A stretch of 62,915 nucleotides of DNA, the filler included. It is 6 parts of 6 records of this genome, joined end to end, with 100 filler letters (N's around TTAATTAATTAA, not from the genome) between each part and the next. Parts side by side here need not be neighbours in the genome. Positions count along the whole stretch, not along the records: positions 1 to 24,554 come from SRR20825019_1907; positions 24,655 to 30,024 come from SRR20825019_1914; 4 more parts are not named here. One strand, written 5' to 3'. Position 1 is the first letter of the stretch; each line of letters starts with the position of its first letter. A program made the position numbers and the translations under genes. The notes below the pieces were generated by a model. It searched no databases. It was given only the letters and a program-made list of their open reading frames with translations, and was not told the origin of the DNA. This document shows positions 12,795 to 24,848 of the stretch, piece after piece.

Positions 12795-14639
12795 ATGGGG
12801 GGAGTAGGTAGCACATTTCCTCGAGTTGGTTATCTGAACGCTAAGGTATCAATTGGCAAAGAAGGGGAGCCGATAGTGCAGGTTCAGAAAATTGACTATG
12901 ACGAGCATGGAAATGGTGATACTTGGGTGGTGGTTGATGTGGCGTCGAACCTGCAGATGGAGGTAGATACCAGTGATGGCGACTGGGTTAAGGTGGTTCT
13001 CCCGGTTCTGAAAAGTGTCAGCAACGAGCCTCCTTCGACCCTTCGGAACTCCTGCAACCTAGACGGATCACTAGCGTCGGGGACGTCTGCGTATGATACT
13101 GCGGGAGAGAATGACCCGCTTTCAAGCACTGTGGACAGTTCTGCCGACCCATTTTTCGCCAGTGCTCGGGATACTCTTGATGTGCCTTCCCAGCCTGCAG
13201 AAAACGAAGGGGTGCAACAGTCACCATCCAGGCAGTCTGCACGTGGGTCTGTATCCATAACTAGTGGGGTAATAGAAGAAGAGCCTCCCAACAGAGACGA
13301 AATATGGCAGCACGCCGAAAAGAATCGAAGCTTTAAGTTCTCGTGTCGGATCAAGGCTAGTGCCGATACTTATTGGGACACGGTAAGGCAACCTTGATAC
13401 AGCACAGGCCTTGCGAATCTCATTTTCCTACAGATATGCACGAAGGAGTATGAGAAGCACCAACAAGCCGAGTTGAAGATCATCGCCAATACAATTGCCA
13501 TTGTTCACAATCCAAAGCAGGGGATCGTATACCGACATGACCGAGTCTTCCCCTCAATCAATTTGCCGGGTCCACTGAAGAAGCTCACTGGTGGAGACAC
13601 GTCGTATTACGAGCACACTTGGATCGATTTGTTGAACAAAGAGATGATATTTACCACGCGTCCTGCACAGAAGGCTTTATCTAGTCGAGTTAGAGTTGAT
13701 GGACTTGTTACCGTTCAAACTGACCCCAACGACGATAGCTACGTTGTGCAGACAATGCGACTGAAGCCTGAAGCAAAGATTCCCTTCATAGGAAAGTTGG
13801 CGGAGAATGTTCTAAGCAATGAAATGAAAAACGGATACAAGATTATGCCTGATCTCTATTCAAGCTTTTTGAAAAAGATTAGCGAGGAGGAGAGTGCAGA
13901 GGAACAGCAGAAGCTTCGCCCGGAAAGTTCGGAGGAGCGACATATCAAAAGTAGGCTCAAGCAGCTAGAATCTATTGATGCAGGAGAGTCAGAAGTAGGT
14001 GCTGGTGCGAGTGCACCAACCGCTGTACCGACCCAAGAATCGACCCCTGTGCTATCTGCAAAGCCTGCGGATGAGAAAGGAAAGGGGAAGATCCCAGAGG
14101 TAGCGGTATCTTTCCCCATCGCTGATGATATTCACCGGAAGCATATGTCTTTGCCAGATGATATAGATCCAGCAGCACTTCCGTTTACAACTCCCAAAAA
14201 GAAGAAGAGCAAGTTCACACGCGCAAGAAGGTTTGTTTTTAAGAAGGCAAAGTCTGCTGCGAAGGCTCCATTGAAACCTTTGAAACCGTTGAAGCCTTCA
14301 CACCTTCGTCTTCCTTTTCACAAGAAAAATGCGAATAAGGGAAATCCGTCTGGGGCCGCGCTCTATGAAGCGCCCGCTGCCGCATCGAATATAATGGATA
14401 CCCTCAGGACTGCGGTAACTGTTGAGAATAACCGATCTCGTTACGATTCGCAGTCTTTATTGTCTACGGACCCTGGGCACTCGGTGTGTAATCCCACTTC
14501 GAGCAGGGATTCGGTAGGGTTAGGGTCTGGTGTGTACGATGACCCTTTTCCGCATACCTATCGCATGGGCCGAGCCATGCCTAGATTCCGCATTGTGACT
14601 GTTGAAGCTCTGCCTGCTCTTTCATCATCAGCTCCTTGA
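12795..14639 (+). CDS. Protein with central SRPBCC/START-like (DUF2505/PRELI-like) domain and disordered flanks
   Basis: Two ORFs joined by an intron near 13383-13433; LPGPLKKLTGGDTSYYEHTWID...AKIPFIGKLAENVL helix-grip pattern; MGGVGS N-terminus fits N-myristoylation. Confidence 0.55.
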
Positions 14640-14643
14640 CTCC

Positions 14644-16832
14644 TTAGCGGTATGCCTTTGCTTTGCTCCATTTGAAGGTGTGTCCGCACTTGCCACATTC
14701 CATGTTGTCGCAGCCACCATTTTTCTCAATGGGTTCTTTGCATTGGGGACATCTCTTGGTATTACCGCGAGCCCAGGAGTCTGTCTTGGTATCTGCAAGC
14801 CCGTTGGTTTCCTTCCATGCACGGAACTCTTCGCATGTTCCAAAGTGCTCATCATCATGGCATATCGTGCACCACTTAGTCTCGCAGTACGGACACTCGG
14901 CGATAGACACTCCTTCGGGCATGACCACACCCCCTAATAAAAAATGTCAGAATATGGCGGCGTATTTGCATTGGCACCTCACCGTTGCAGCCCTGACGCG
15001 GGCACCACGTCCAGTCCTGCATGCTGCTCAGCCCCGCATGCACGAGTAACCGCTCAATCTTGCGGTAATTTTCTTGAGTAACACATCGACGGATCTCGTG
15101 TTCAGATATGGGAGCACCGCACCCAAAAGGACAACTGATCTTGACTAGTTCCTTCACATTTCCCATCTTTGCCTCGACCATACGCGTCATACATGTCAGG
15201 CAACACTTGTGGGTACAATTATAGAAGTTGAGGAACTGCGCCATTGGGTATTGTTCGAAGCAAAGCTCGCATTCGAAGAGTTTAGATTCAAGCTCACGCA
15301 GCATTCGCTGACTTTCTTCATTATATTTCAGTTGTTCATATGCCGAAAAGCTGGTGTGATAATCGGACGGTCCCAGCAAAGCGATGATGTCATCCTGCGT
15401 TACAATTTGAGAGCATACAGAATTTGAGGGGCAAGGCAAGCTATGCAACTTGGCAGGATCGTTCCGAAGCACTGATTTCATGTGATTCCTTATGCAACCT
15501 GAGCAGAACTTGTGCCTACAACTCATATCCACAACATACAAGTCCTTCTCAAGAATAATTCTAGAACAAATTCCACATTCATATGGCGAAAGGACTTCAG
15601 TATTTCCTGTCACATGATCCTTACTCCTAGCATTGTTGTTGGCAAGCAACTCACGAACAATCTCCTCGTCGGCACCTTGAAGGATAAGGTCTTTGTGAAC
15701 GTTCTCAACCTTCCGACACCCTGACCTAACGAACACACGCATGGTGCGACGAACACGATCAACGGGAATACCTAGAATCCCTGCACCCACTAGAAACACT
15801 GCCTCTCGCAAATTCGCAAGGTCATCCGCACTCTCCCACATCTGATCCAGTTCAGCAGCGGTATCCGGATCTTCCATGGGAACATACTCTCTAGCAGTCT
15901 CTACAACCCGACAGGTTGACTCTTGGTCACAGTTACGCGGCTGTCGCGCAGCCATGGATCCCATATGTGCTGAGGGCCCCAATTTTCCAGGAGGAGGGAT
16001 GGCACTTGGGCTGCCACCAGCTGTCATTCCCGAGCAGCTGGCCCACCCAATCTTTTCTTCGCCGGGAGTCGCAGGAGTCGACGCCCCACTTGTGTCACCG
16101 ACCACTCGACAACGAGAGGCTATGATGTTGTTGCTGGCACAGCTCTCTTCCCACTCCTTCTTCGCAATCGACACTATATTTGTAAAGAAACCTTCAACTG
16201 CCCGTGCGAACCCATGAATAGGGCGCTTTTCCATCCTCTTTGTGGAGCACCCGACCCTCTGTTTCGGCTCTTGCGGTGAGACCATGCACGCAGAAGGCCA
16301 AGGAGCGCTCGGGCCCTCCATCCGCCGTGCAGAATGCCCACTCTGGGTCTGCCTACGTAAGCCGCCTACATCCGCCCCATGATGGTGGTCTTGCTGAGGA
16401 TGTACAATGCAATCTGTCCCTACGGGAACGTTGTTGACAAATACATAGCCTTCACTTGAAGAAGTCTCCGATTCCTCGTCTTCGCTGTCATCGTCATCTT
16501 CCTCATCATCTTCTGAGGAGCTACCGTCATCAACCTCTGAGTCGGACTCCGCTGTTTGATATTCTAGCTCCTTGACTCCTCCACTGTACAGTCTCTGCAA
16601 CAACTTCCAAAAGGATCAGCAAGACTTGCATCACCGAGTGCTTTCAAGCAAATACCGTTGGGCTTACTCCCATTGAGACAAGGGCGTCATATTCTTTCGT
16701 AGACTGGTGGGGCACAAGCTCCGGAGACTGGATTCCATGCGTAAGAAGTACTCCTGTACTGTATTCAGCAGCCACCCTCGAAACTCCAATATCACCAGCA
16801 ACTTCAAAGATGTGTTGATCAAACCCCGGCAT
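14644..16832 (-). CDS. RBR-family E3 ubiquitin ligase (extra RING, RING1-IBR-Rcat)
   Basis: CGIC...CRHKFCSGC...CP; CELC...CTHKCCLTC...CPFGC; IBR WCPRQGC...CPYC..WC..C..H...C; Rcat TKRCPQCKEPIEKNGGCDNMEC; two short introns. Confidence 0.88.
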
Positions 16833-16959
16833 GTTTTAGCCAGAAGGTCTTGCTTCTGAAATCAAACAGCAACACTAATAAATATCACTGGCAGGCCCAT
16901 ATATGTACAGTGGTCTTCGCCATAGAATAATCCGCATACCGTAGTGCCGCACAAAGCCC

Positions 16960-17480
16960 TCACGTGGCGCAGGATGCTTTCAGTACTGATACGTACAGTG
17001 GCGTGGCTTCAGCCCGCGGCGCCGCCCGGCAGCCATGTCCGGTCCCCGCACTGACATTGACTCCACAAGGATTACCGAGTGCACCGTCATCTACCGACCT
17101 GTGCACACCAGGCCAAATCAACCTGGACAGCCTCATGTTGAGTTGTCCATCAGTCCATCCCACGCGGCTGGCACGGAGCATTCGCGGAATGCGAAAGTTC
17201 CCCATCAATTGAAAAAAAAAGGGGAGACACGACACCACTGATTTACCGTAAATTTCTAAAATAACGAATTGCGAAATCACCGAATATCTCAATTTACCAG
17301 AACCTACGCCGCAACCACCTTCTCTTCACTGAACATGGCCTCCTGCTGATGAGGAGCGCCCGTCCCTCGGCGTCCTCGTTCCTGCCCGTGTGCCGAGGCA
17401 GCCGAGTGGTCGTAGCCGGGCCCGCAGAGCGGGTCCGGGAGAGCGACTGATGGGTGCGTAGTAGCCAGCGCCACGCCACA
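16960..17480. promoter_or_regulatory. Patchy GC-rich island between divergent genes
   Basis: Two GC-rich patches between RBR (-) and the EGF-like gene (+); weaker than the other islands. Confidence 0.4.
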
Positions 17481-17776
17481 AAGCCCCCAAACCGTAGTAG
17501 GTGACCAGTGACAGTGACCCCCTGGAAGGCTTGGCTTGGCCGTCCGGTCATGCGATGATTGTCGTGATCATCTGCATGTTGCAAAAAAATTGGCCAGTGT
17601 TGTTGGTGGAACCACACACGGCTCCCACACATGGCTCACTTGCAAGAGCCGTAGGACGCACGGGTTGTTTAGCCGCGCCAAGTTTTCGACAGCACGGCAA
17701 GGCTCCCACGAGCGCTCGCATTCTGTACTTAAAGTATGGGTGCACAGCTCATCAGAGTTTTGTGTGACGAGCAGAA

Positions 17777-18819
17777 TGATGAAGCGGTGGCACGCCGTTT
17801 GTGGTGTTGCTTTAGTGGCTGTGTTTGTGGCTGCATACGCCGAGTGCAACAACAAGTATGAATGTGTGAATGGAGGATTTTTTGATCTTGAGAGCTGCGG
17901 TTGCAAGTGTCAAGCTCCTTGGGCGGGAAAATCGTGCAGGAGTATGTGTCTACACGAGTGCGTGATATTGATGCAAGCTAACTCTCTTTCGCAGCTTGTC
18001 AGAGGTCTTGCCAGAATGGCGGAGAGCTGGAGAGTGCTTCTTGCACTTGCGTTTGTTACGGTGATTATGCCGGTGACTACTGTGAGAAGTCCACGAATGG
18101 TCAGCTTGAGGCTACTCCTGCTGCTGGTTCCGGCTCAGCAAAGTCTAAGCCTAAGGCTGCGGTTACTGAATTGAACGAGGATCAGGTACAGGTTGCAATG
18201 CAGAACGCGCTCACTTCGCCTCATTGTAACGGAAACGTACGTTTTTGTCATGGGTTTTAAAAGGGAGGCACTTGTACTAACTGTAGGGTTAGATGTACCT
18301 GACTTGTAAGGGTGAGACTGCCAAAGACGCCAAGGGTATTTTCCTTGTTGAGGAGAAGATGAAGTGCACCCGCTGGAGTACTGCCTACCGTACCGTAGAG
18401 TTGCTTGCCATTAAGGGTGCCCAGCACGGGTTCCACAGGACCAGGGATATTTTCGATGTTGCTCAATTGAACAACCTTCGCAACGAGGCGAATGCCGATG
18501 ATACCATTCAGGATACGGTAAGCGCTGTGACTGACCTACCCTTTCCTTCTTGATGATGTTATCTTCTCACACCTTCGTGTAGCTTGTGACTGAGGATGGA
18601 GAGCTTGGTTTCATGGTTTGCCATGCTCCTGAGTCTGAGCTGCTCGCTGAGCCCGATGACAATGGCCAGACTAGCAGGGTAATGGCAAACAGTCACTGCA
18701 CCAATATCATGCACAAGGGTGATCTAGCCCGCAAGTTTACCGACTATGTGATGCCCCATGGTGATAATGAGGCTGCCGAGAATGCTCTCTTCGCCCATGA
18801 TATGGCCATCAGCTCATAG
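17777..18819 (+). CDS. Secreted protein with EGF-like Cys repeats and unknown C-terminal domain
   Basis: Signal peptide MMKRWHAVCGVALVAVFVAAYA; CVNGGFFDLESCGCKCQAPWAGKSC and CQNGGELESASCTCVCYGDYAGDYC; three short introns. Confidence 0.7.
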
Positions 18820-19272
18820 GTGCTTCAAGGATGAAGATAAAGTGGTGTCGATGTGGGAAATATGTGGGGATAGTTTTTCTATCTTTTGTCAAGAGGGTGT
18901 AGGAATGCGTTTTCAACCTCAGAAGAGCTCCACTCCTTGGCGTGAAAACTGTGCATTGCAATTTTCTGTTGTGGTTATATCTTACGTGCGCCATACAGTG
19001 GCCGGATACCTTGGCTCACTTCTATAATTAGGTAGAAACCAATCACAACACTCAGTAGTGGGAGGGTCAGGATATATTCGTACACTTGACTTATTGTCTT
19101 CAGTGCCACCATGCACATGCCACCCGCCATATTGCACTCTTCATTCCCAAAGCGAATCGTCAAATATGAGCAGTATTGGTGGTTAACCTTTGTTGGGAAT
19201 CAACATACTCATCAACATACACCGACAAGAACAGGCGGGCCTGTTGATTCGGCAGTACAATAGAACACACTA

Positions 19273-21420
19273 TCAATATCGGATCATCGCATTGGGCTTG
19301 CGGCCGGGCTTGTCCATACGTGGATCAGAAAGCGTTCGCCTTCTCCGTTCATTCATCTTCCTTTCAGACATCCCCGAATCAAGGGAACTGTCATCCTTGG
19401 ACTCGTTATCCTCGGCCTCTTCAAGGAAGAATTTCCCCGCAGCGATGCATCTCTCCTATGAACCAACGTTAGACACTTTACTAGCATGGCAACTACTCAC
19501 TCACATGCAATAAGTCAGCAGCTTCCTGGTCCATTTTCTTTAACGGAAACTCCTTATTGTCCGATAGACTCACAGCTCGGAGCTCAAAGTAGTACTTGGC
19601 ATATAAACTGCTTGACACGTTCACATCATATTTCAAATATTGCAGAAAAGCCTTCTCCCATCTGTTCATAGTTTCTAAACTATAGCCCCATCGGTTGCAC
19701 AAAAAGGAAAAGTCTTGATTGGTCACAGAAAGATCGTCCCAGATCTTGGATGCCATCACGAGACAGGTAACCAAGACCGGGCGCCAGTTGGAGGGGTGCA
19801 GGGCAACACAGGTCTTTTCTATCAGGCGATCCTGGCAATATTGTCAGAATCGACGAGAAAAAAAAAAGGCCCAAGTAAACCTCACCAGATAAGCGAGAGA
19901 GATTATCGTGCAATCTTCACTCAGTTGTGCCCTTTTGAATATCATCTGAATAAAATTTTGGATTACGAGCTGATTGGGAACGGGGAAGCTACTCTCCGGT
20001 GTTTCTAAACTCAAAGATGGATCCTTGAATACCTTCAGCAACCGAACACGCGGGGGGTTACGATCCACGGACGATGATTCGGAACCCTCAAAGGGAATTG
20101 GTGTCCTGTACTCAGAACTCCAGTAAGGAGAGTTCACAAAATAGACTACCTACTCACCCTTCACGCGATATGTTCATGCGCTTCAAGTCCACGCCATCAA
20201 GTGTTTCCAAAGTGCGTTCTACCATGTGCTGAATAACAACACTCATGCTGCAATATTGAATATCTAAGTTCAAAGAAGAGGAGCGCAGCGACGTTCAAGC
20301 AATGAGACTTACCATCGGATGGTTTCCTGTAGATCTGGGTGAGAAAGCGTATTTCTCAAATAAAAGGAACTTGTCGAGTTGGATCGTACCCTACGGTCCG
20401 ACGGACCAACCTCTGAGGATAGAACTCTGTCAACGGCTGCATGCCGTGGCTTCATATCTGATGTGTCCACCATATTGTGGTTCTCGGAATCAGAACAATC
20501 CGCTGCTCCCCTGGGAATGGGCTGCGGAGATCCAAATGGAGAGGGCGACTGGGTCCGCCCTTCGAGACAAGAGGAAGGAGCAGAGGAGGTCGGCGTAGGT
20601 GCCGCACTAGAAGGAAAGGACTTTCGACGAGAACTATCCAGCCGCTCTGATTCAAGATCGATGCAAGTTTGCAGTGTGGTATTAGTGGGACCAGGCATGT
20701 CGTTTTCTTCGTACGATGAAGCAAGGACATCAGGTTGCTCTTCGTCAGAGTCACTCCATGCCAGGTTGAAATTGGGTACGCCAGGGGCTCTTTTTAGAGG
20801 AGAGTCAACAGCCATCCCATTATTAAGTCGATGGCGTTTTGCACTACATTGGAATCTCTCAGCATGATAGAGCCCCAAACTCAAAAAAAAAACAAAAACA
20901 AACCTCAGAGGTGTCACAGGGCTCCTAAACTTGACGCTTCCATCGGCACTACTATTGGAAGCCCGGCTCTGCGGGGAAAGGAACTCTCCATGCGCTTTCC
21001 CAGCATCGCTATCTGAGTCGTCATCATACCTCCGCTTCGTTCCCCCAGAAAACGAACGTGTCATGTTGAGATTTGGCATGGATGGAAACTTAGGCATGGT
21101 AGGAATAGATGGTGCTGTTACTCCAATCTTGGCCAAAAGACCCCCCAAAAACGACGCAGCCCTGATTGTCCCGCAAAAATTAGGTTCAAAGTATTTCTTG
21201 GTCATCACTCTGAATACCTGGGTTGGTTACGAATCGGGGGCCCATCAATATGATCATTCTCTAACTCCATATCCGACTGAACAGAAGCTTTGGGAGTTGC
21301 TGGCGAGGACATCGGCGTTGCTTGACTTTGCACTGCAGTTGTGGGCACTGTGACAGACAAGGCTTCAAGTACCTGACAACGCCTGCTGGTAGTGTAGTTC
21401 GTAACGCCAATAGTGACCAT
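19273..21420 (-). CDS. Cyclin Y-like protein, multi-exon (5' end uncertain)
   Basis: RSNSTSSFY, FIQMIFKRAQLSEDCTIISLAYL, HPSNWRPVL..CLVMASKIWDDLSVTNQDF, NRWEKAFLQYLKYDVNVSSSLYAKYYFELR; stop TGA at 19273-19275. Confidence 0.85.
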
Positions 21421-21499
21421 ATATAGAAATAGCCCATATATAGTGATGTAGTGTTGGCTTGCTGAGTAGTCCGAAAACAGTGGGTCCCGAGCCTGATGA

Positions 21500-22480
21500 G
21501 TCTGCCAACCAGAGCTGAGGCCGGCTTCTGCGCCGGCGGCAGCGCGCATGGCTGACCCCCCGCCCGCGGCCCCGCGCCAAGTTGGACCAGAGCCACGCGG
21601 CCGGGCGCCAGGGGCCGGCCGGGCTGAGCCAGGCCGGCGGCTGCGGCGACCCATGACTCCGAGAGGCTCACCTGGCCGGCCGGGCCGGGCTGGGCCGTCC
21701 CGGAGCGGCGGCTGATTGAGTCAGAACCGGGGGCGCGCCCACCCGGCCGGTCCGGCTGCCGGCGCACGCCCCCGGTGCCGCCGCAAGCCCGGCTGCCAGT
21801 GCCGGCCAAGATGGACTCGGCGCCGGCACCGGGCCGCACTGATGTTCCAAGCCCGTCATTCAAGTGACCTAAACAGGCAACCGTGGCCAATGAATGACCC
21901 AACCCGACAGGGAACGTGCTCAAAAAAGGCGTCATCGGCATGGGGCCCGGCACGTCGGGGACCGGGCCGCCGGCGCAACACCTCCATGGAGGCGCCTCCG
22001 CCTGCGGGCCTGGGCGAACTGGGGTCGGGCCGGGCACGACCCTGGCACAACCGGGTTGTGGCAGCGAGGGCGACAATAATAATATATCATTAACGGTATT
22101 CCATGATTCCGATATCATATCTGATTAGTGGAGTTAGAGAATTCCCCGGTGACGCTTCAGACGGCCGTCCCGACGGCCCAATCGCAGATCCGGCTGCGCC
22201 GGCGACCGGGCGTGCCCATAGCGCACGGCGCAACCACGCCATGCACCGAGTCGTCTCGGGATGGCCCGATGGCGGGGTTACGGTTCAGTGGCAGTGCCGT
22301 CCACTGGCGAGGCCGAGTGAGGCGTCCGGGTGGCGGCGCGACCTCAGCCCCAGCGCCCGGCACCGCAGCCGCGCAGCGCCGGCCGGCAACCCCGGCCCCC
22401 CGAAGCGTCCCCCGCAGCGGCCGGTAAGGATGGGCCGCCGGCGAGCTCTCCAAGGCAGTGCGCTGAAGACCGGAGGGACC
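21500..22480. promoter_or_regulatory. GC-rich island between divergent genes
   Basis: Between cyclin Y (-) and HisD-like (+); TGAGTCA near 21717. Confidence 0.55.
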
Positions 22481-22756
22481 TCCCAGAGGGGGGAAGGAAT
22501 AGTCTCGACGACTAGGCCGTTACTGCGTCACGGCTCATCAACTAGTAGCCCCAAAATCTTTTCAGCCTCTGACATTCGCATTACGTGATTCACCGGACCT
22601 TTGGCACCACTATGGCAGCCTTTTCTTTTTTTTTTTTTTTTGTCAATGCCCACACTGCAGCCATCCCCAAGCTTCGTCTGAAGCCCCCGTTTTGCATAGA
22701 ATAGAATTTATTTAATTTCATGCGGCACGGTGCTTTAGCCTTTAACTAGGAAGAAT

Positions 22757-24351
22757 ATGGAGTTCATAAATATTCGGGGAACATCTTTAAAGCCAGAGTG
22801 GGTAAAGAAGCCTAAGAAGGCAACCTCTACTGACCGCCGTGATGACGACGTAGAAGAAGAAGCGAAGGTGAATATGACTTATCGTTTGACTGAACTATTC
22901 CAGTAACTGGGTGATCCTCTCAGGTGCGAGGAGTCGTTGCGGGAATTATTGATAGCGTCGCCAAGAATGGAGATGCTGCTATAGCGGAGCTTTCGTTGAA
23001 GTTTGATAAGTATCAGCCTTCTGAGTTCACCACGATTGGTGAAGGTGTCAGTGCTTTTCGCCTTTCGGAAGACGTGAGTTTGCGCTGGGGCATGTTCACT
23101 GTTTGGGATTTACAGAATTATTCGTCTACAGGCCATCGCAAAAGCCATCGCGTCTGTTCCTGCGGATATTATGGAGGTGTGTAGTAATTTCTCCTGTTTT
23201 TTTTACCCTTGATCGCTTATCTTGGACGGAAAGGCCATAAAATATGCTCAGCAAAACGTCTTGACTTTTGCCAAAGCCCAGAGGGAAACCATTAAGGATC
23301 TCGAAGTCGAGATGGATCATCCGAAAGGCGTAGTTCTTGGACACAAACATGTTCCAATGAGCCGGGTATGCTTTCTTTTTGTGGCCAGTTTGAAGGTGGA
23401 GACCAACCTTTGATGTAGATCGGAGCATATGTTCCAGGCGGTCGCTATCCAATCATTGCCAGTGCTCAAATGTCTATTATTCCCGCCAAAGTTGCCGGCG
23501 TTAAGACTGTTGTTGCATGCACCCCACCTAAGGATGGGGGGATTCCTGAAACTACTGTCGCAGCCATGTCACTTGCAGGCGCTGATGAGATCTATATTGT
23601 TGGTGGCGTGCAAGCAATTGCCATGATGGCACTGGGAACAGAAACTGTGGAACCAGTGGACTTCCTAGTTGGGCCGGGAAATCCGTTTGTGGCCGAGGCA
23701 AAGCGGCAGCTTTTCGGCCGCGTGGGAATTGACCTCATCGCAGGACCCACAGAAACACTTGTCGTGGCCGATGAGCATGGAGCGGACGCGGAAATTTGTG
23801 CAGCAGATCTCATCGGTCAGGCCGAGCATGGTCCGACAAGCGCTTGTGTGATGATAACTTCATCGCGCAAGTTGGCAGAGGATACGCTTGTAGAGATTGA
23901 GAAGCTGCTGAAGTGGCTTCCAACCGCTCCTGTGGCAGAAATTTCATGGAGGGATTATGGAGAGATTCTCTTGGTGGAAAACATTGCTGAAATGAGTGAG
24001 CTAGCTGATATAGTAGCATCTGAGCACGTCCAAATTATGACCAAAGATGACGAATATTTCCTCAAGAATATGAAACATTATGGTGCCTTATTCTTGGGAA
24101 AGGAGACCAATGTATCTTATGGAGATAAGTGTATAGGAACAAATCATATTCTTCCAACAAAGTGGGCCGCCCGCTATACTGGAGGGGTTTGGTGCGGCAA
24201 ATTCTTGAAGACTTTGACGTATCAGAGAGTAACCACCACTGAAGGCAGCGTGGAACTTGGACGAGTTTGTAGCAAGATGTGTGAAGCAGAAGGTATGATG
24301 GGACACAAAGAACAGGCAGATCTCCGAGTCAGGAGGTGGGGAAACCTTTGA
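22757..24351 (+). CDS. Histidinol dehydrogenase-family paralogue (HpsN-like), 4 spliceosomal introns
   Basis: Introns 22868-22923, 23074-23131, 23177-23233, 23366-23418; [59 protein letters not shown]. Confidence 0.9.
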
Positions 24352-24554
24352 GGCGAACCGGAATAAATCATCTTTCGTATCATTTACGTATTATTGGAAA
24401 GGCCGAACAAAGACTGGCGGCAGGCCTCAATTAATAACCACACGACCGAACCTGAACCCCAACGCAAGCAAAGCTCGGCGAAATTTTCATCTTCAAGCAG
24501 TACTAGTCGAAATGCAGCCATCTCGGGGGGGCCGGGGGGCGGGGGGGGGGGGGG

Positions 24555-24654
24555 NNNNNNNNNNNNNNNNNNNNNNNNNNNNNNNNNNNNNNNNNNNNTT
24601 AATTAATTAANNNNNNNNNNNNNNNNNNNNNNNNNNNNNNNNNNNNNNNNNNNN
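24555..24654. other. Artificial contig spacer
   Basis: N44-TTAATTAATTAA-N44 (stops in all six frames). Confidence 0.98.
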
Positions 24655-24848
24655 AGTTCAGCAAAAGTTTAGATCGTAATTCGCACTGTTTTCAGTATTC
24701 CTTGAATCTTAATTCGCTTGAAGTTCAGTAAAAACTATATCACAATGCGCCTAGCTTTTAATCAAACACTATCTATTTCAGGGGTTTTCACTCTTGTTGA
24801 CGAAGCTCTACTTTGATAGCTTTGGTTTTAATCTATAATTCTACAAAA

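Noticed and set aside
14517-14526. Telomere-like AGGGTTAGGG
   Set aside because: Fewer than two full units and inside an ORF; chance.
24525-24554. Poly-G at the contig end (also 44803-44828) as G-quadruplex or telomere
   Set aside because: At contig termini; probably a sequencing/assembly artefact or a break within a GC-rich tract. If real, a GC tract 3' of the HisD-like gene would be a caveat to the island rule.
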